Below are positions 9,845-20,464 of a DNA stretch of 64,000 nucleotides, one piece after another. The notes beneath the pieces were generated by a model. The model was given only the letters and a program-made list of their open reading frames with translations. It was not told the DNA's origin and did not search any database. A program made the position numbers and the translations under genes. Source of the stretch: an uncultured delta proteobacterium (lineage in GTDB: Bacteria > Desulfobacterota > RBG-13-43-22); NCBI GenBank assembly GCA_963711835.1, contig CAVQFQ010000012.1:64001-128000 (forward strand), written 5' to 3'. The stretch's first letter is position 1. Every line of letters starts with the position of its first letter.

Positions 9845-10103
9845 TCAGCGATAAACGTCCTGGCGATGGCCGACCTTCACCACCCAGACGGTAAGCTCCT
9901 TGTCCTGAATTGAGTATACGATTCGGTACCGTCCTTGACGAATCCTATACCTTTCCTGCCCGGTCAGTTTTTCGCAACCCGCCGGCCTGCGGATCTTCGG
10001 CCAGCATTCGAATCCGCTGAAGAATTCTTTTCAGATCGCCCTTGGGTATTATGGCAAAATCCTTCTCAACGGATGCTCGGAAGTAGACCTTATATGCGGC
10101 CAT
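9845..10103 (-). CDS. relE: RelE/StbE toxin (one frameshift)
   Basis: MAAYKVYFRASVEKDF...CEKLTGQERYRIRQGRYRIVYSIQDKELTVWVVKVGHRQDVYR*. Confidence 0.82.
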
Positions 10104-10323
10104 CTTTTCTCAGTCGTTTGACCATCTCGTCATAACTGACCAGGGGCTCTCCAGCTCTCCCTTCAAACGCTTCAATATCCTCGGCGTCCTCCGCAATGGC
10201 TTCTCTTACTGCCTTATTGACAAGGTTTGATACCGATGTAGCTGTTTCAACTGCCTTTAAGCGCAGTGCTTTATGTAAATCCGGTTCCAGGTATATCGTA
10301 GCTCGTTTGGCTTGTCCTGCCAT
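10090..10323 (-). CDS. CopG/RHH antitoxin
   Basis: KRATIYLEPDLHKALRLKA...SVSNLVNKAV; overlaps relE. Confidence 0.85.
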   Translation of the reverse strand: MAGQAKRATIYLEPDLHKALRLKAVETATSVSNLVNKAVREAIAEDAEDIEAFEGRAGEPLVSYDEMVKRLRKDGRI

Positions 10324-10443
10324 ATTCGCACCTCCTGACGTAGTCAGGTAACTATAGCACTATAACGTTAAAACGTCAATGTCAACCGTTATTTTGAAGC
10401 GAACGGCGGAGCTAATCGGCGGCCTGAACCTGCAGGACCGATT

Positions 10444-10848
10444 TCAAGGCGTTATCAACCTGACACTCGGAAAGTAGGTTCGATATCGGGAAGTATCTCT
10501 TGTCAAAAGGTCCAACTGAAGGACCGCCGCTTGTGCTCCTATATAAAAATCGGGCAGCGGACTTCTTTTTGCTCCTCCCTCTTTTTTATATTGAAAGTAA
10601 GCCTTTCCAGCTAAGAACAAGGCCTCTTTGGGAATTTCCAACATCAGAAACCCGGCCTTGGCCATAGCGCCTTCCAAATCCTCAATGCGCACAAAACCAA
10701 TGGAGACTTCGGAATAGATTATGGCATTAATATACAAGATGGCCTGGTGACTAATTTTCTCCAATGCCGTTTCCGACCAATCTGCCCAGTCAGGATCATT
10801 TAAGAATACGTCCAGGATGATATTCGAATCAACCAGAACAGCCTTCAT
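10444..10848 (-). CDS. vapC: VapC PIN-domain toxin
   Basis: VLVDSNIILD...IIYSEVS...PLPDFYIGAQA...LLTRD. Confidence 0.92.
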   Translation of the reverse strand: MKAVLVDSNIILDVFLNDPDWADWSETALEKISHQAILYINAIIYSEVSIGFVRIEDLEGAMAKAGFLMLEIPKEALFLAGKAYFQYKKEGGAKRSPLPDFYIGAQAAVLQLDLLTRDTSRYRTYFPSVRLITP

Positions 10849-11072
10849 TTTTCCCCTCGGGTCAAAGCCATAATTTCATCGGTGGTCATCTTCACGGTTG
10901 CTATTCCCCTCACCCTTCTAAATTTATGGGGTTTACTATTCTCCCTCTTCCCCTTAACCAAATAGATACGGCCCTTTTCTTCAATAAAATCAACCTCAAC
11001 GGCAGGAGTTATCCCTAATTTTTCACGAATGGCCTGGGGAATGGTTACTTGTCCTTTTGTCGTAACGCGCAT
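10845..11072 (-). CDS. vapB: AbrB/MazE-type antitoxin
   Basis: MRVTTKGQVTIPQAIREKLGI. Confidence 0.9.
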   Translation of the reverse strand: MRVTTKGQVTIPQAIREKLGITPAVEVDFIEEKGRIYLVKGKRENSKPHKFRRVRGIATVKMTTDEIMALTRGEK

Positions 11073-11098
11073 GGTCCACCCTCCGGTATGTTGTAATA

Positions 11099-11118
11099 CC
11101 TGTAATAGTATTACCAGG
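11099..11118. promoter_or_regulatory. Putative vapBC operator palindrome
   Basis: CCTGTAATAGTATTACCAGG just upstream of vapB. Confidence 0.55.
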
Positions 11119-11193
11119 AAAGGGCTGTGTCAATCACGATTTTTTACCCCGAAATAACTTGATAACCGGATCAAAATTCAGTAGAAAAGAACC

Positions 11194-12036
11194 ATGACAC
11201 CAAACGACTTCACCGACATTCTTTACCAGAGGGATGATTCCGGGCTGGTAAAGATCACCATCAACCGGCCGGAGATCAAAAACGCCCTGACCATTCGGGT
11301 GGTCATGGAACTCTTCTATGCGGCCGAGGCCTTTGAAAAAGACCCCCGGGCCGGGGCGGCCATAATCACCGGAGCCAAGGCGCCGAACAATCCGGACCCC
11401 TCCCGCGAGGCCTTCAGCAGCGGCGCCTATTTCAACCCGGCCGAACTCCAGGCCATCAGCGCCCTGAATCTACCCGACTTTGATCCGACCGACATCGCCC
11501 TGAAGAAACTCTGCCTCAAGTTATGGGGGATCGACAAACCCATTATCGCGGCTATCAATGGCCTGGCCATCGGCGGCGGCTTTACCATACCGCTGGCCTG
11601 CGCCGATCTGATCTATGTCTCCGAGCATTCCTGGGTGCGGCTGCCCTTCGGACGGCTGGGATTAACACCCGAGCTGGCCTCCAGTTATCTCCTGCCCCGG
11701 TTGATCGGACTTCAAAAGACCAAGGAACTATTTTTTTTCGGCGAGAAGCTGGACGCCCGACAGCTCCTGGAACTCGGTCTGGTGAATAAGGTGCTGCCCC
11801 ATGACCAGCTCCTGCCCTACGCCCGGGAGATGGCCCTGCGGCTCATTCCTCCCCTTGGGCCCCCCCTGTCAGTGCAGTGGACCAAACACATTCTTCATAA
11901 ACCCTTGATCGAAGCGGTAACCCAGGCCCTGGACCGGGAAAACGAGATGCTCAACAAGGCCTTCGGGACCGAGGATTTTTTCGAAGCCCTTAGCGCCCGC
12001 CTGGCCAAGAGGGAGCCGGTCTTTAAAGGAAAGTAA
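11194..12036 (+). CDS. Enoyl-CoA hydratase/isomerase family protein
   Basis: ITINRPE.KNAL, AFSSG, KPIIAAINGLAIGGG, LGLTPE. Confidence 0.92.
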   Translation: MTPNDFTDILYQRDDSGLVKITINRPEIKNALTIRVVMELFYAAEAFEKDPRAGAAIITGAKAPNNPDPSREAFSSGAYFNPAELQAISALNLPDFDPTDIALKKLCLKLWGIDKPIIAAINGLAIGGGFTIPLACADLIYVSEHSWVRLPFGRLGLTPELASSYLLPRLIGLQKTKELFFFGEKLDARQLLELGLVNKVLPHDQLLPYAREMALRLIPPLGPPLSVQWTKHILHKPLIEAVTQALDRENEMLNKAFGTEDFFEALSARLAKREPVFKGK

Positions 12037-12060
12037 TAAGCAAGAAAGGATAACTTCTTT

Positions 12061-12886
12061 ATGGCACTTTTTACAATTGATCCCAATAAATGCCAGCGTG
12101 ACGGCATCTGTGTAGCCGAATGCCCCGCAAAAATAATCGAGTTGGCCGACGACGAATCTTTCCCCAGGCCGATCCCCGGGGCGGAGGAATTGTGCATCCA
12201 TTGCGGCCATTGCGTGACCGTCTGTCCCGACGGGGCACTCTCCCTGGAAGACATGAAACCCGAAGACTGCCCGCCGCTTCGAAGGGACCAATTGCCCGGT
12301 CCGGAGCAGTGCGAGCATTTTTTACGCTCCCGCCGGTCCATCCGTAACTTTAAGGAAAAACCGGTACCCAGAGAAACACTGATTAATTTGATCAAGATCG
12401 CCCGCTATGGGCCGACCGGCCACAACCTGCAACCTGTGCACTGGCTGGTTATTGAAAAAGCGGAAGAGGTCAAAAGGATGGGTGGGCTGGTGGCCGATTG
12501 GATGCGTCTCATGATCAAGGAACAGCCCAAATTGGCCCAGCTTTTTCATTTGGACCGGGTGGTACAGGCTTGGGACCAAGGGGTTGACAGGATACTTAGG
12601 GGCGCCCCCCACCTGATAGTGGCTCATGCCCAGCAAGCCTTGGCTACGGCCCAGTCTGCCTGTATTATTGCCCTGACCTATCTGGACCTGGCGGCCCCTT
12701 CTTTTGGTCTGGGGACCTGCTGGGCCGGCTATTTCAATACTGCCGCCAACGCTGTATCCTCCCTTACAGAAGGATTTGGACCTTCCTGAAGGCCATCAGT
12801 GCTTTGGGGCCATGATGATCGGGTATCCTAAGTATCCCTATCACCGATTGCCCTTGAGAAAAGAGCCGCCTATTACCTGGAGGTAA
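12061..12886 (+). CDS. Nitroreductase with N-terminal 4Fe-4S domain (frameshift near 12750)
   Basis: CQRDGICVAECP, CIHCGHCVTVCP, RRSIRNF, PTGHN.QP, GLGTCWAG; C-terminus MMIGYP in another frame. Confidence 0.88.
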
Positions 12887-12892
12887 TAACCC

Positions 12893-14697
12893 TCAACCCT
12901 CCAGGAAGTATCTCTTGGGATCAAAAATACGGATGTCCCTGATTTCCTCATCCTGCGGCGGTTTGACGGCCTCTAATTGATCGGATATCTCCAGTTCCCA
13001 GCCGCACCGGGCCTTGATCTTTTCAATAGCCTGCGAGGCTGAGCCATTCTCTTCAAAATAACCGGTCAGGACAAAGGTCTTTCCGTCTCCCGACCTTTTC
13101 AAAAATCCCCAGATCCGTCACCAAGGACCTGACCCGGTCGCCGGGAGCGGTAATATAGCTTACTTTTTCGACACAGCGAAAGGGAGTTATGGGTGTTACC
13201 ACCATCACCTCTTTAGCCCCCAGGGCCACGTCGCAGGCCCCTCCTGAGCCGACCAGGAAAAGATTCATCTCCGGGATCTTGGTGGAATTGATGTTTCCGT
13301 ATTGGTCCACCTGGCCGGCGCCCAGCACACCCAGACAGCAACTGGCTGCCCCTCCCACCAGGGCGCCCAGGACGGTAAAAACATCGGTCAAAAGGGTGCT
13401 GGTGGGGAGATTGCGAAAATTGAAAACAAAGGGTTCCCCGGGCCTGGGTGCATAGCCGAAGAAGCCCACCTCGGCCATAAGATCGGCATCGTAATTGTCC
13501 CGGCGCAGATCATACCAGGCCTTCCAGGCAGCCAGATTTGAGGCGCCGATGCCGGCCAGGATGGTTTGATAATGACCCTCTTGAACTTTTTTCTTGATCA
13601 ACCGGGCCGCCGCTATGATCATGGTTTCAACAGGGTTGGCCTCTTCCGTCTTTTTCATCCGGGGAACCTGGTCATTCAGTTCCGCCCGCCAGGAATCACC
13701 GGCTGACTTTCCTTTCAGATACCAGATTCGTTCATAACCTAATTTTGTCAGATAGGTTTCCTGATCAGGGCAATCCAAGACCCATTTCTTAACCCAGGCT
13801 TCCAAGGTGTCATTTTTTTTGCAGGCTTTCCTGAGGGTAAGCAGAAATTCTTCATCTTCGGCATAGCCGTCAAATTCCTTGATGCCGTAACTGGAGGCAC
13901 CGGCGGGGTGGGCTCCATAAGGAACGGGACAAACCGCTTTAACTAAATGACTCGGCACCTTGGCATAGTGGGAGTAGGCACGGATGAAATCCGTATCAAC
14001 CACCCGCTCCACCGTGGCGACTACGCCTTCCTTGGCGGCGTAAAAGGCGGGACACATTTTCGGCATAAGGAGGGGTAATAAGAAGGTTCCCGGCCGGATC
14101 GGCAGCCCAGGCATGAGCCAGGGTCAGGTCCGGTCTTAAGCTGCGCACAAAGGTATTGGCCTTGCCGTCAGGATCCCGGACCAGCCATAGATCAGCGGCA
14201 TTTTCCTTTTCCATGGAACTGCCGATCAGGGAGTGGGTGGGCATCCATTCCAAACCCAGGGCACCGGCCTGGAGACGCTGGGGCAGGGTCAGCACCGTCC
14301 AGTTTTCAATCTTCACTCTCCCGGCGGCATGCGCTTCCTGGTAAACCCGGTTTGGTCCCGGAAAGGGATAGGTATCCCCGCAAAAGGTGGTGATAATATT
14401 TTTAACCAGTTCTCCAAAAACCAGCAGTACCAGGGGCCCGGTGAGGCCCAGGGAGCTGACGGTGAAATCAGGTTTCTTCCCCCAGTATTGCCGGCAGAGC
14501 TCATAAATCAGGGCCGTGGACCGCATGTAGGTATGGGTGACATGAAGATGCATGCCGGGTCGGATGAATTTCCTGACCGCCTCCTGGAGGGGCAAGACCT
14601 TGTTCCCGGAAAACGGTTTTTGAGCCAAGGCGAGCTTGTCCTCTACGCGGTCTTCAAAGATGTCAAACATGGGTTCCTCCTTTTGCGATTTCTTCAT
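12893..14697 (-). CDS. Family I CoA-transferase, fused alpha/beta (glutaconate CoA-transferase-like), two frameshifts
   Basis: ADPAGN, PYGAHP, LGAGQVDQYGNINST, GSGGACD, LVTDLG motifs across ORFs 13996..14697, 13053..14114 and 12893..13102. Confidence 0.82.
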
Positions 14698-14844
14698 TCC
14701 TGAACAACAAAGAACCGGCCTAAATAATGAATCTGTAAAAATCTATCAAAATATCTCTATCGCTGTCTATCCTTGAATTTTTTCGCCGTTCGTGATAAAC
14801 TTGCAGCCTTCTTTTCAAACTTCTGCCTTAAAGGAGCATCCCCT

Positions 14845-16026
14845 ATGCCTGGTCCCCTTCAAGGGATAAAAATTCTGGATTTCACTACCCTGCTGCCCGG
14901 TCCTTTCGCCACCATGATGCTGGCCGACCTCGGCGCGAATGTGCTTCGCATCGTATCCGGATCGAGGCCTGATTTGACTGCCTTCATCCCCCCTTTTATC
15001 GGCGATACGGACCTGGCCGCCATAGCGGCCTACCTGGGAAGGGGCAAGCGGTCCATGACCCTGAATCTGAAGGATGACCGGGCCATCAGGGTTGTGCACC
15101 AGTTGATCGCCACCTACGACGTGGTCATCGAACAATTTCGGCCGGGTGTGATGGCCAAGTTTGGCCTGGATTACCCCAAGCTTAAGGAAGTCAATCCCGG
15201 CCTCATCTATTGCTCTCTGACCGGATACGGCCAAACCGGCCCCATGGTCAGTAGGGCCGGCCATGATATCAATTATCTCTCACGCTCAGGTCTCATGTCG
15301 TATTCCGGCCGAAAGGAAACCGGGCCGGTCCTGGCCGGAATGCAAATTGCGGATGTTGCCTCCGGGTCTTACAACTCTATTATCGGCCTTTTGGCCGCCA
15401 TCGTTCACCGGCAGCTTACCGGCCAGGGCCAATATATTGATATCTCCATGACCGACGGTGTGATCGCTTTTAACGCCATGGTCGGGGCCTCTTTTCTGGT
15501 GGACGGCCAGCAACCCGGGCTGGAAGGCCATCTGCTCAACGGCGGCTCCCTCTATGATTTTTATGAAACCAGGGAAGGAAACTATATCAGCTTCGGAGGC
15601 CTGGAACCTCAATTTTTTGCCGCCTTTTGTCAGGCCATAGAACGGCCTGATCTTATTCCGGGAACCGTTTCGCCTCCCAATCTCAAACAGGTAAAAGAAG
15701 AAGTTCGAGCCATCATCAAAACAAAAACCCGTGACGAATGGACGGCGGTTTTCAAAAATTGGGATGCCTGCGTGGAACCGGTTCTGACCTTGACCGAGGC
15801 CATGAATGATCCCCTGGTCATCGAAAGGGAAATGATCGTGGATCTGAACTTGCCCGGCGGCGGTACTGTTCGGCAGACGGCCTGCCCGATCAAGTTTTCT
15901 GAGACTTCTCCTGATTACAAACATGCCGGAATGCCGGTCGGAACCAATACCCGCGAGGTAATGCACGAATTGGGCTACACCGAAGAGGAAGTCAGTGAAT
16001 TTGAAAAAACCGGCCTTTTCAACTGA
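14845..16026 (+). CDS. CaiB/BaiF family III CoA-transferase
   Basis: GPLQGIKILDF..LLPGPFATMMLADLGA, GHDINY; AAGGAG SD before ATG 14845. Confidence 0.93.
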   Translation: MPGPLQGIKILDFTTLLPGPFATMMLADLGANVLRIVSGSRPDLTAFIPPFIGDTDLAAIAAYLGRGKRSMTLNLKDDRAIRVVHQLIATYDVVIEQFRPGVMAKFGLDYPKLKEVNPGLIYCSLTGYGQTGPMVSRAGHDINYLSRSGLMSYSGRKETGPVLAGMQIADVASGSYNSIIGLLAAIVHRQLTGQGQYIDISMTDGVIAFNAMVGASFLVDGQQPGLEGHLLNGGSLYDFYETREGNYISFGGLEPQFFAAFCQAIERPDLIPGTVSPPNLKQVKEEVRAIIKTKTRDEWTAVFKNWDACVEPVLTLTEAMNDPLVIEREMIVDLNLPGGGTVRQTACPIKFSETSPDYKHAGMPVGTNTREVMHELGYTEEEVSEFEKTGLFN

Positions 16027-16056
16027 CCTCGTTCCTAAATTATGATGCCGTTTCTT

Positions 16057-16280
16057 AACCCGAAAATTTCGGAAAAGATTTTTGCCACAGACAAAGACCA
16101 GACAGGGTGGCGGCGACACGCCGCCACCCTAATCGTCAGCGCCGTTGGGGCATATAAAGTTTTCCCTCGCGGAGCGATGGCGTGTTATGCCCGTTCATAG
16201 CCTGCCCGTAGGTATTAATACGGGGTCGAACGGGCATAAAAATATCGTCCGCCTTTGTCTGCGTGCGTCTGTGGCAAAAA
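16057..16280 (+). mobile_element. MITE/REP-like element family A, copy 1
   Basis: 14-bp terminal inverted repeat (TIR) TTTTTGCCACAGAC (16079) / GTCTGTGGCAAAAA (16280), internal hairpins, homologous to 3 other copies. Confidence 0.8.
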
Positions 16281-16756
16281 AAGTTGGACCGCCATGGCTT
16301 TTCCTGCTGGTCTTCCTGATTATTTGGTTCTGCCCCTTTTTCTCTTTGGCCGAAGCCGACGTCAAGGAAGGCCCCAAGGTCCAGTCAAACCCCAAAAAGT
16401 CCCAAACCGGCAAGGCCTCCTACTATTGTAAAAAATTTCACGGGGGCCGAACCGCCAGCGGCAAAATCTTCAATAGGCATGAATTAGTCGCCGCTCATCC
16501 CAGCTATCCATTCGGAACCCTCCTCCTGGTAACCAACCTGGAAAATAACCGTCGGGTCAAGGTTCATGTGGTGGATCGAGGACCCTCCAAAAGCCACCGG
16601 GCCAGAGGGATCATTATCGACCTCTCACGAGGTGCAGCCGAAAAATTGGGGATGGTTAAAAAAGGTCGGGCTCAGGTGAAGGTTGAGGTCCTGGTTTGGG
16701 GAAAGTCAAAAAAAATAGCCGGAGTGATCGATGGAAACGCATATTCCGAATCGTGA
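16271..16756 (+). CDS. rlpA: Septal ring lytic transglycosylase RlpA family protein
   Basis: GKASYY...TASG..FN...AAHPSYPFGT...VVDRGP...IIDLSRGAA; signal peptide after GTG 16271 (start uncertain). Confidence 0.85.
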   Translation: MAKKVGPPWLFLLVFLIIWFCPFFSLAEADVKEGPKVQSNPKKSQTGKASYYCKKFHGGRTASGKIFNRHELVAAHPSYPFGTLLLVTNLENNRRVKVHVVDRGPSKSHRARGIIIDLSRGAAEKLGMVKKGRAQVKVEVLVWGKSKKIAGVIDGNAYSES

Positions 16757-17298
16757 AGAGGCCTATGCTTTGTTGAAGGAGTATAATCAAAGCCAGGCCC
16801 TGATCCAGCATGCCCTGGCCGTAGAGGCCTCTATGCGCTATCTGGCCCGGAAGTGGGCTGAGGACGAGGAACAGTGGGGCCTCATCGGGCTGATACACGA
16901 CCTGGATTATGAAAAGTTTCCGGATGAGCACTGCCGTAAAACCAAAACCTTCTGGAGGAAAAGGGCTGGCCGGATGACACTATCCGGGCCGTCGTCTCTC
17001 ATGGCTGGGGATTGTGTTCCGATGTCGAACCCCGAACCCGCCTGGAAAAAGCCCTTTATGCCATCGATGAATTGACCGGCCTGGTAACGGCCGCGGCCCT
17101 GGTCCGCCCGTCCAAAAGCGTCCGAGACCTGGAAACCAAATCGGTCAAAAAGAAATGGAAGCAGAAAAATTTCGCCGCCGGCGTCAACCGCGAGGTCATC
17201 GAAAAAGGAGCGGCCAAATGCTGGGGGCGGATTTGGACGAATTGATCACCGATGTCATCCTGGGTATGCGCCAAGTGGCGGAGAAAATCGGTCTTTAA
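16731..17298 (+). CDS. HDIG-domain hydrolase (frameshifted)
   Basis: HALAVEA.MR...GLIHDLDYE; DELTGLV.AAALVRPSKS; FAAGVNR. Confidence 0.82.
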
Positions 17299-17301
17299 TT
17301 G

Positions 17302-18060
17302 ATGAGAGATTCCCATTCCAAAGCCGTTGTCTTGCTGAGCGGCGGGATGGATTCCTCCACTACCGTGGCTATTGCTCTCAAAAAGGGGTTCGAGGTCCAT
17401 GCCCTGACCGTTCGCTATGGCCAGCGGCACCATGCGGAATTGGAGGCCTCCCGGCGTATAGCCAATTTTTTTAAGGTCGCCGGCCACAAGATGATCGACC
17501 TCGATCTGAGGACCTTTGGCGGTTCGGCCTTAACCGCAACCATCGAAGTCCCGAAAGATCGAAGTTTGCAGGAGATCTCAACGGATATTCCGATTACCTA
17601 TATACCGGCCCGCAATACTATCTTTCTATCCTTTGCCCTGGCCTGGGCCGAGATTCTCGGCGCCCAGGATATCTTCATCGGGGTCAATGCCCTGGACTAC
17701 AGCGGCTATCCGGATTGCCGTCCGCAATTCATCAAGGCCTTTGAGAAAACGGCCAATCTGGGTACTAAGGCGGGGGTCGAAGGAAGGAAATTTAAAATCC
17801 ATACCCCCTTGATCACCATGACCAAGGCCCAGATTATAAAAAAAGGGCTGGAGCTTGGGGTGGATTTTTCCTTGACCAGCACCTGTTATGACCCTTTCCA
17901 GGACGGAGCCGCCTGCGGCCGGTGTGATGCCTGCCTGCTTCGCTTAAAGGGATTTGCCGAAGCCGGGTTAACAGACCCGGTGAAGTACTTAGCCAAAAAA
18001 TTTGAATTTATGGCTAAAATTCGAAATCCGAATTTCGAAATTCGAAACAAATTCAAATGA
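17302..18060 (+). CDS. queC: 7-cyano-7-deazaguanine synthase
   Basis: [39 protein letters not shown]; C-terminus extends into a repeat element. Confidence 0.95.
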   Translation: MRDSHSKAVVLLSGGMDSSTTVAIALKKGFEVHALTVRYGQRHHAELEASRRIANFFKVAGHKMIDLDLRTFGGSALTATIEVPKDRSLQEISTDIPITYIPARNTIFLSFALAWAEILGAQDIFIGVNALDYSGYPDCRPQFIKAFEKTANLGTKAGVEGRKFKIHTPLITMTKAQIIKKGLELGVDFSLTSTCYDPFQDGAACGRCDACLLRLKGFAEAGLTDPVKYLAKKFEFMAKIRNPNFEIRNKFK

Positions 18061-18153
18061 TCAAATTTCCAAATTCGAAAGTAAATGTTTTGGTCTTTGA
18101 AGTTTTAGACATTCGTGCTTGTTTCGGATTTCGTGCTTCGAATTTCGGAATTT
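18017..18153. repeat. Heptamer-periodic imperfect inverted repeat element, family C copy 1
   Basis: (CGAAATY)n...CGAAACAA arm pairs with TTGTTTCGGATTTCGTGCTTCGAATTTCGG arm, between queC and queE. Confidence 0.8.
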
Positions 18154-18156
18154 AAG

Positions 18157-18797
18157 ATGATTTACACCGTTAAAGAAATCTTCTACTCCATCCAAGGTGA
18201 AGGGGCCCAGGCCGGGCGGCCGGCCGTCTTTTGCCGCTTTTCCGGATGCAACCTCTGGTCAGGCCAAGAGGCAAATAGAAACAAAGCCGTCTGCAAGTTT
18301 TGTGATACGGATTTCATTGGAACGGATGGCCCGGGGGGAGGCAAATTTCAAACCCCTCAGGCCCTGGCCAAGGCGGTGCGTGATAAATCTCCCGCCCCAT
18401 CTTCCCGAAAAGGGCGCTCCCTGGTGGTCTGCACCGGCGGCGAACCGCTGCTTCAACTGGATGAATCCCTGGTGATGGCCTTTCATGACCTCGGTCTGGA
18501 AGTGGCCATCGAGACGAACGGCACCCTCCTGCCGCCGCCGGGCATCGACTGGATCTGCGTCAGCCCCAAGGCCGGGGCCGATTTAAAATTGCTGTCAGGC
18601 AATGAATTGAAATTGGTTTTCCCCCAGGAAGGATTCAACCGGAGATCTACGAGGACTTAAATTTCACCTATTTCTTTCTGCAACCGAAAGACGGCCCCGA
18701 TCTGGAACAAAATACCCGGTCAGCCATCCGCTATTGTCTCGCTCACCCCCAGTGGCGCCTCAGCCTGCAAATACACAAGTTGCTGGGGATCCCTTAA
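18157..18797 (+). CDS. queE: 7-carboxy-7-deazaguanine synthase, CX14CX2C type (frameshift near 18640)
   Basis: KEIFYSIQGEG, CNLWSG...CKFCDTDF, TGGEPLLQ, IETNGT, VSPK; tail LQP...WRLSLQIHK in another frame. Confidence 0.92.
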
Positions 18798-18842
18798 GGT
18801 GAGAGGGCCGCCGAGCTATTTTTTTAAAGCTCCAGTAGATGT

Positions 18843-19310
18843 TTAGGCAGGAAACGAGATTCTCCTACTCACCTTCCAACAGATTCGGAATAATAGCAGA
18901 AACTCTGGGGGACTTACTATTTTAAAAGGAAAGGGCCCCGTCATTTTTGAGAGATGCGAAAAGTCTTTTATATCGCCAGTAACCAGAAAATCCGCTTTTC
19001 CTTTAAGAGCCGAAACCAAGACTGGCACATCCTTATCTGCGGTGGCCCTAAGATATTTTATTTCTTCGATGCTTGGCAGAGGGATAATGGTCAGGTTTAG
19101 TTTAGGAAGCTTATCAAGAGGGATGCAGGCAGGCATCTTCTTATTCAGGTTCCGCTCGATTTCAAGGATATTATCATTGATGTTTAAACCTTTAAGAAAA
19201 GGTAGATCAAGGCTTAAAAGGTCGAGGAGGATCCTGGGTGCTCCCCTTGCAAAGGAGTCCTCGAGGATGACATTGGAATCGAGAAAAACCTTAACGATTT
19301 TTCCGGCCAT
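18843..19310 (-). CDS. PIN-domain toxin, possibly decayed
   Basis: VFLDSNVI...DKDVPVLVSAL.GKADFLVTGD.KDF. Confidence 0.75.
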   Translation of the reverse strand: MAGKIVKVFLDSNVILEDSFARGAPRILLDLLSLDLPFLKGLNINDNILEIERNLNKKMPACIPLDKLPKLNLTIIPLPSIEEIKYLRATADKDVPVLVSALKGKADFLVTGDIKDFSHLSKMTGPFPFKIVSPPEFLLLFRICWKVSRRISFPA

Positions 19311-19580
19311 AGGTTTCCTTGAATGGTCCTGCCTCTCTCCTCTTTAAGACCCTTTAAAAGTTCTTCGACCGAACTGCCCAGAGGTTTTGAGTATTTTCCG
19401 GATCTCTCTCCTGGCTTCTTCCAACGGAAGCCTTTTGGGGGTAATAATAATCGAATCTCCCACCGGAAGAATGGAGACGACTTGACCTTCATCCAGTAGC
19501 CCTGCTTCCCTGATCTTCTTGGGAATGGTTAACTGGCCCCGAGCTTTGATTTCAGCCTTATAGGCTTTGGCAGTTTGCAA
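19291..19580 (-). CDS. AbrB-family antitoxin (frameshifted)
   Basis: IKARGQLTIPKKIRE..LLDEG. Confidence 0.78.
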
Positions 19581-19600
19581 ACCTCACCTCACAATTAACT

Positions 19601-19637
19601 TATTCTGAATTTCAGAATATCAGAAGAATCAGAATAA
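19601..19637. promoter_or_regulatory. Putative TA operator
   Basis: Palindrome TATTCTGAATTTCAGAATA plus further TCAGAA half-sites upstream of the AbrB gene. Confidence 0.55.
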
Positions 19638-19664
19638 GTTACAGCGGTTATTTAAATTCAGTTT

Positions 19665-20051
19665 TTATATCTCCACCAGCAATTCTGGATGCCGTTCTAT
19701 CAGTTTAAGCAGTTTCACTAAGGGGCCGGGCGGCCGGGTTTCGCCCCGTTCATACCGTGAGAAGGCCACCTTGCCTACGCCAAAGGACTTGGCCAGCTCG
19801 GCTTGCGTCAGGTTCAGTTTCTTACGGATACGCCGAATATCTGCGCTGATATCCCCCTCAGCCGCTCGCAAGAGTGCCGCCTGGGCTTGGTGCAACGCCG
19901 GTAACTCTCAGTGTCCCAGACACCCTCGCCGCACGATGAGCAAATTTCGCCATGCATAGCGTGCAACGTCAATGAATGGCTTCCATAAGAAAGGGTTTCA
20001 TCTTTGGTTTTGGCCACCATCTTCAGGATGACCACAGGCTGGACACTTCAT
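19665..20051 (-). pseudogene. mqsA: MqsA-family antitoxin (Zn finger + HTH), two frameshifts
   Basis: MKCPACG...CSSCGEG...IRRIRKKLNLTQAELA..FGVG..AFSRYERG. Confidence 0.8.
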
Positions 20052-20060
20052 AATATGGCC

Positions 20061-20120
20061 TCACTTGTCCTTGAATTGAATAATCGGCGGACGGTCGTCG
20101 CTGAAATAAGTTATCTTGAC
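20061..20120 (-). pseudogene. MqsR toxin C-terminal remnant
   Basis: VKITYFSDDRPPIIQFKDK* immediately upstream of mqsA. Confidence 0.55.
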
Positions 20121-20464
20121 CTCGAAGTTGCATAAAAATTGATCGATCAATGTTTTTTCTCAATTAAAACGGTGCGTTCTAACGATTTCAGAGTCGAGAC
20201 CAAAATTCACTCCAGGTGAGGTTTAACATTTTAAAAAGTATCGATCAATTTTTACCCTTCGGGAAAGTCTGGGAAGCCGTCCCGCCCCGGCGGGATTGTC
20301 CAGGTCCCGCATAGGGGGATTCGCCCTGGACGCCTTGGATCTGCAACTTCCGAAACTTTTGCAACATCGAGGTTAATTCTGATTTTCAAAACCATCCCCC
20401 GTTTAAGAGCCAAGAGCAGACTTGACCCCTTTTCCATTATCTGTCAATAAGGAAATTCTTATCA

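Noticed and set aside
17302-18797. queC/queE as part of a dpd DNA-modification defence system
   Set aside because: No dpdA/tgtA or other dpd genes are nearby, and the context (rlpA, HDIG) is housekeeping.
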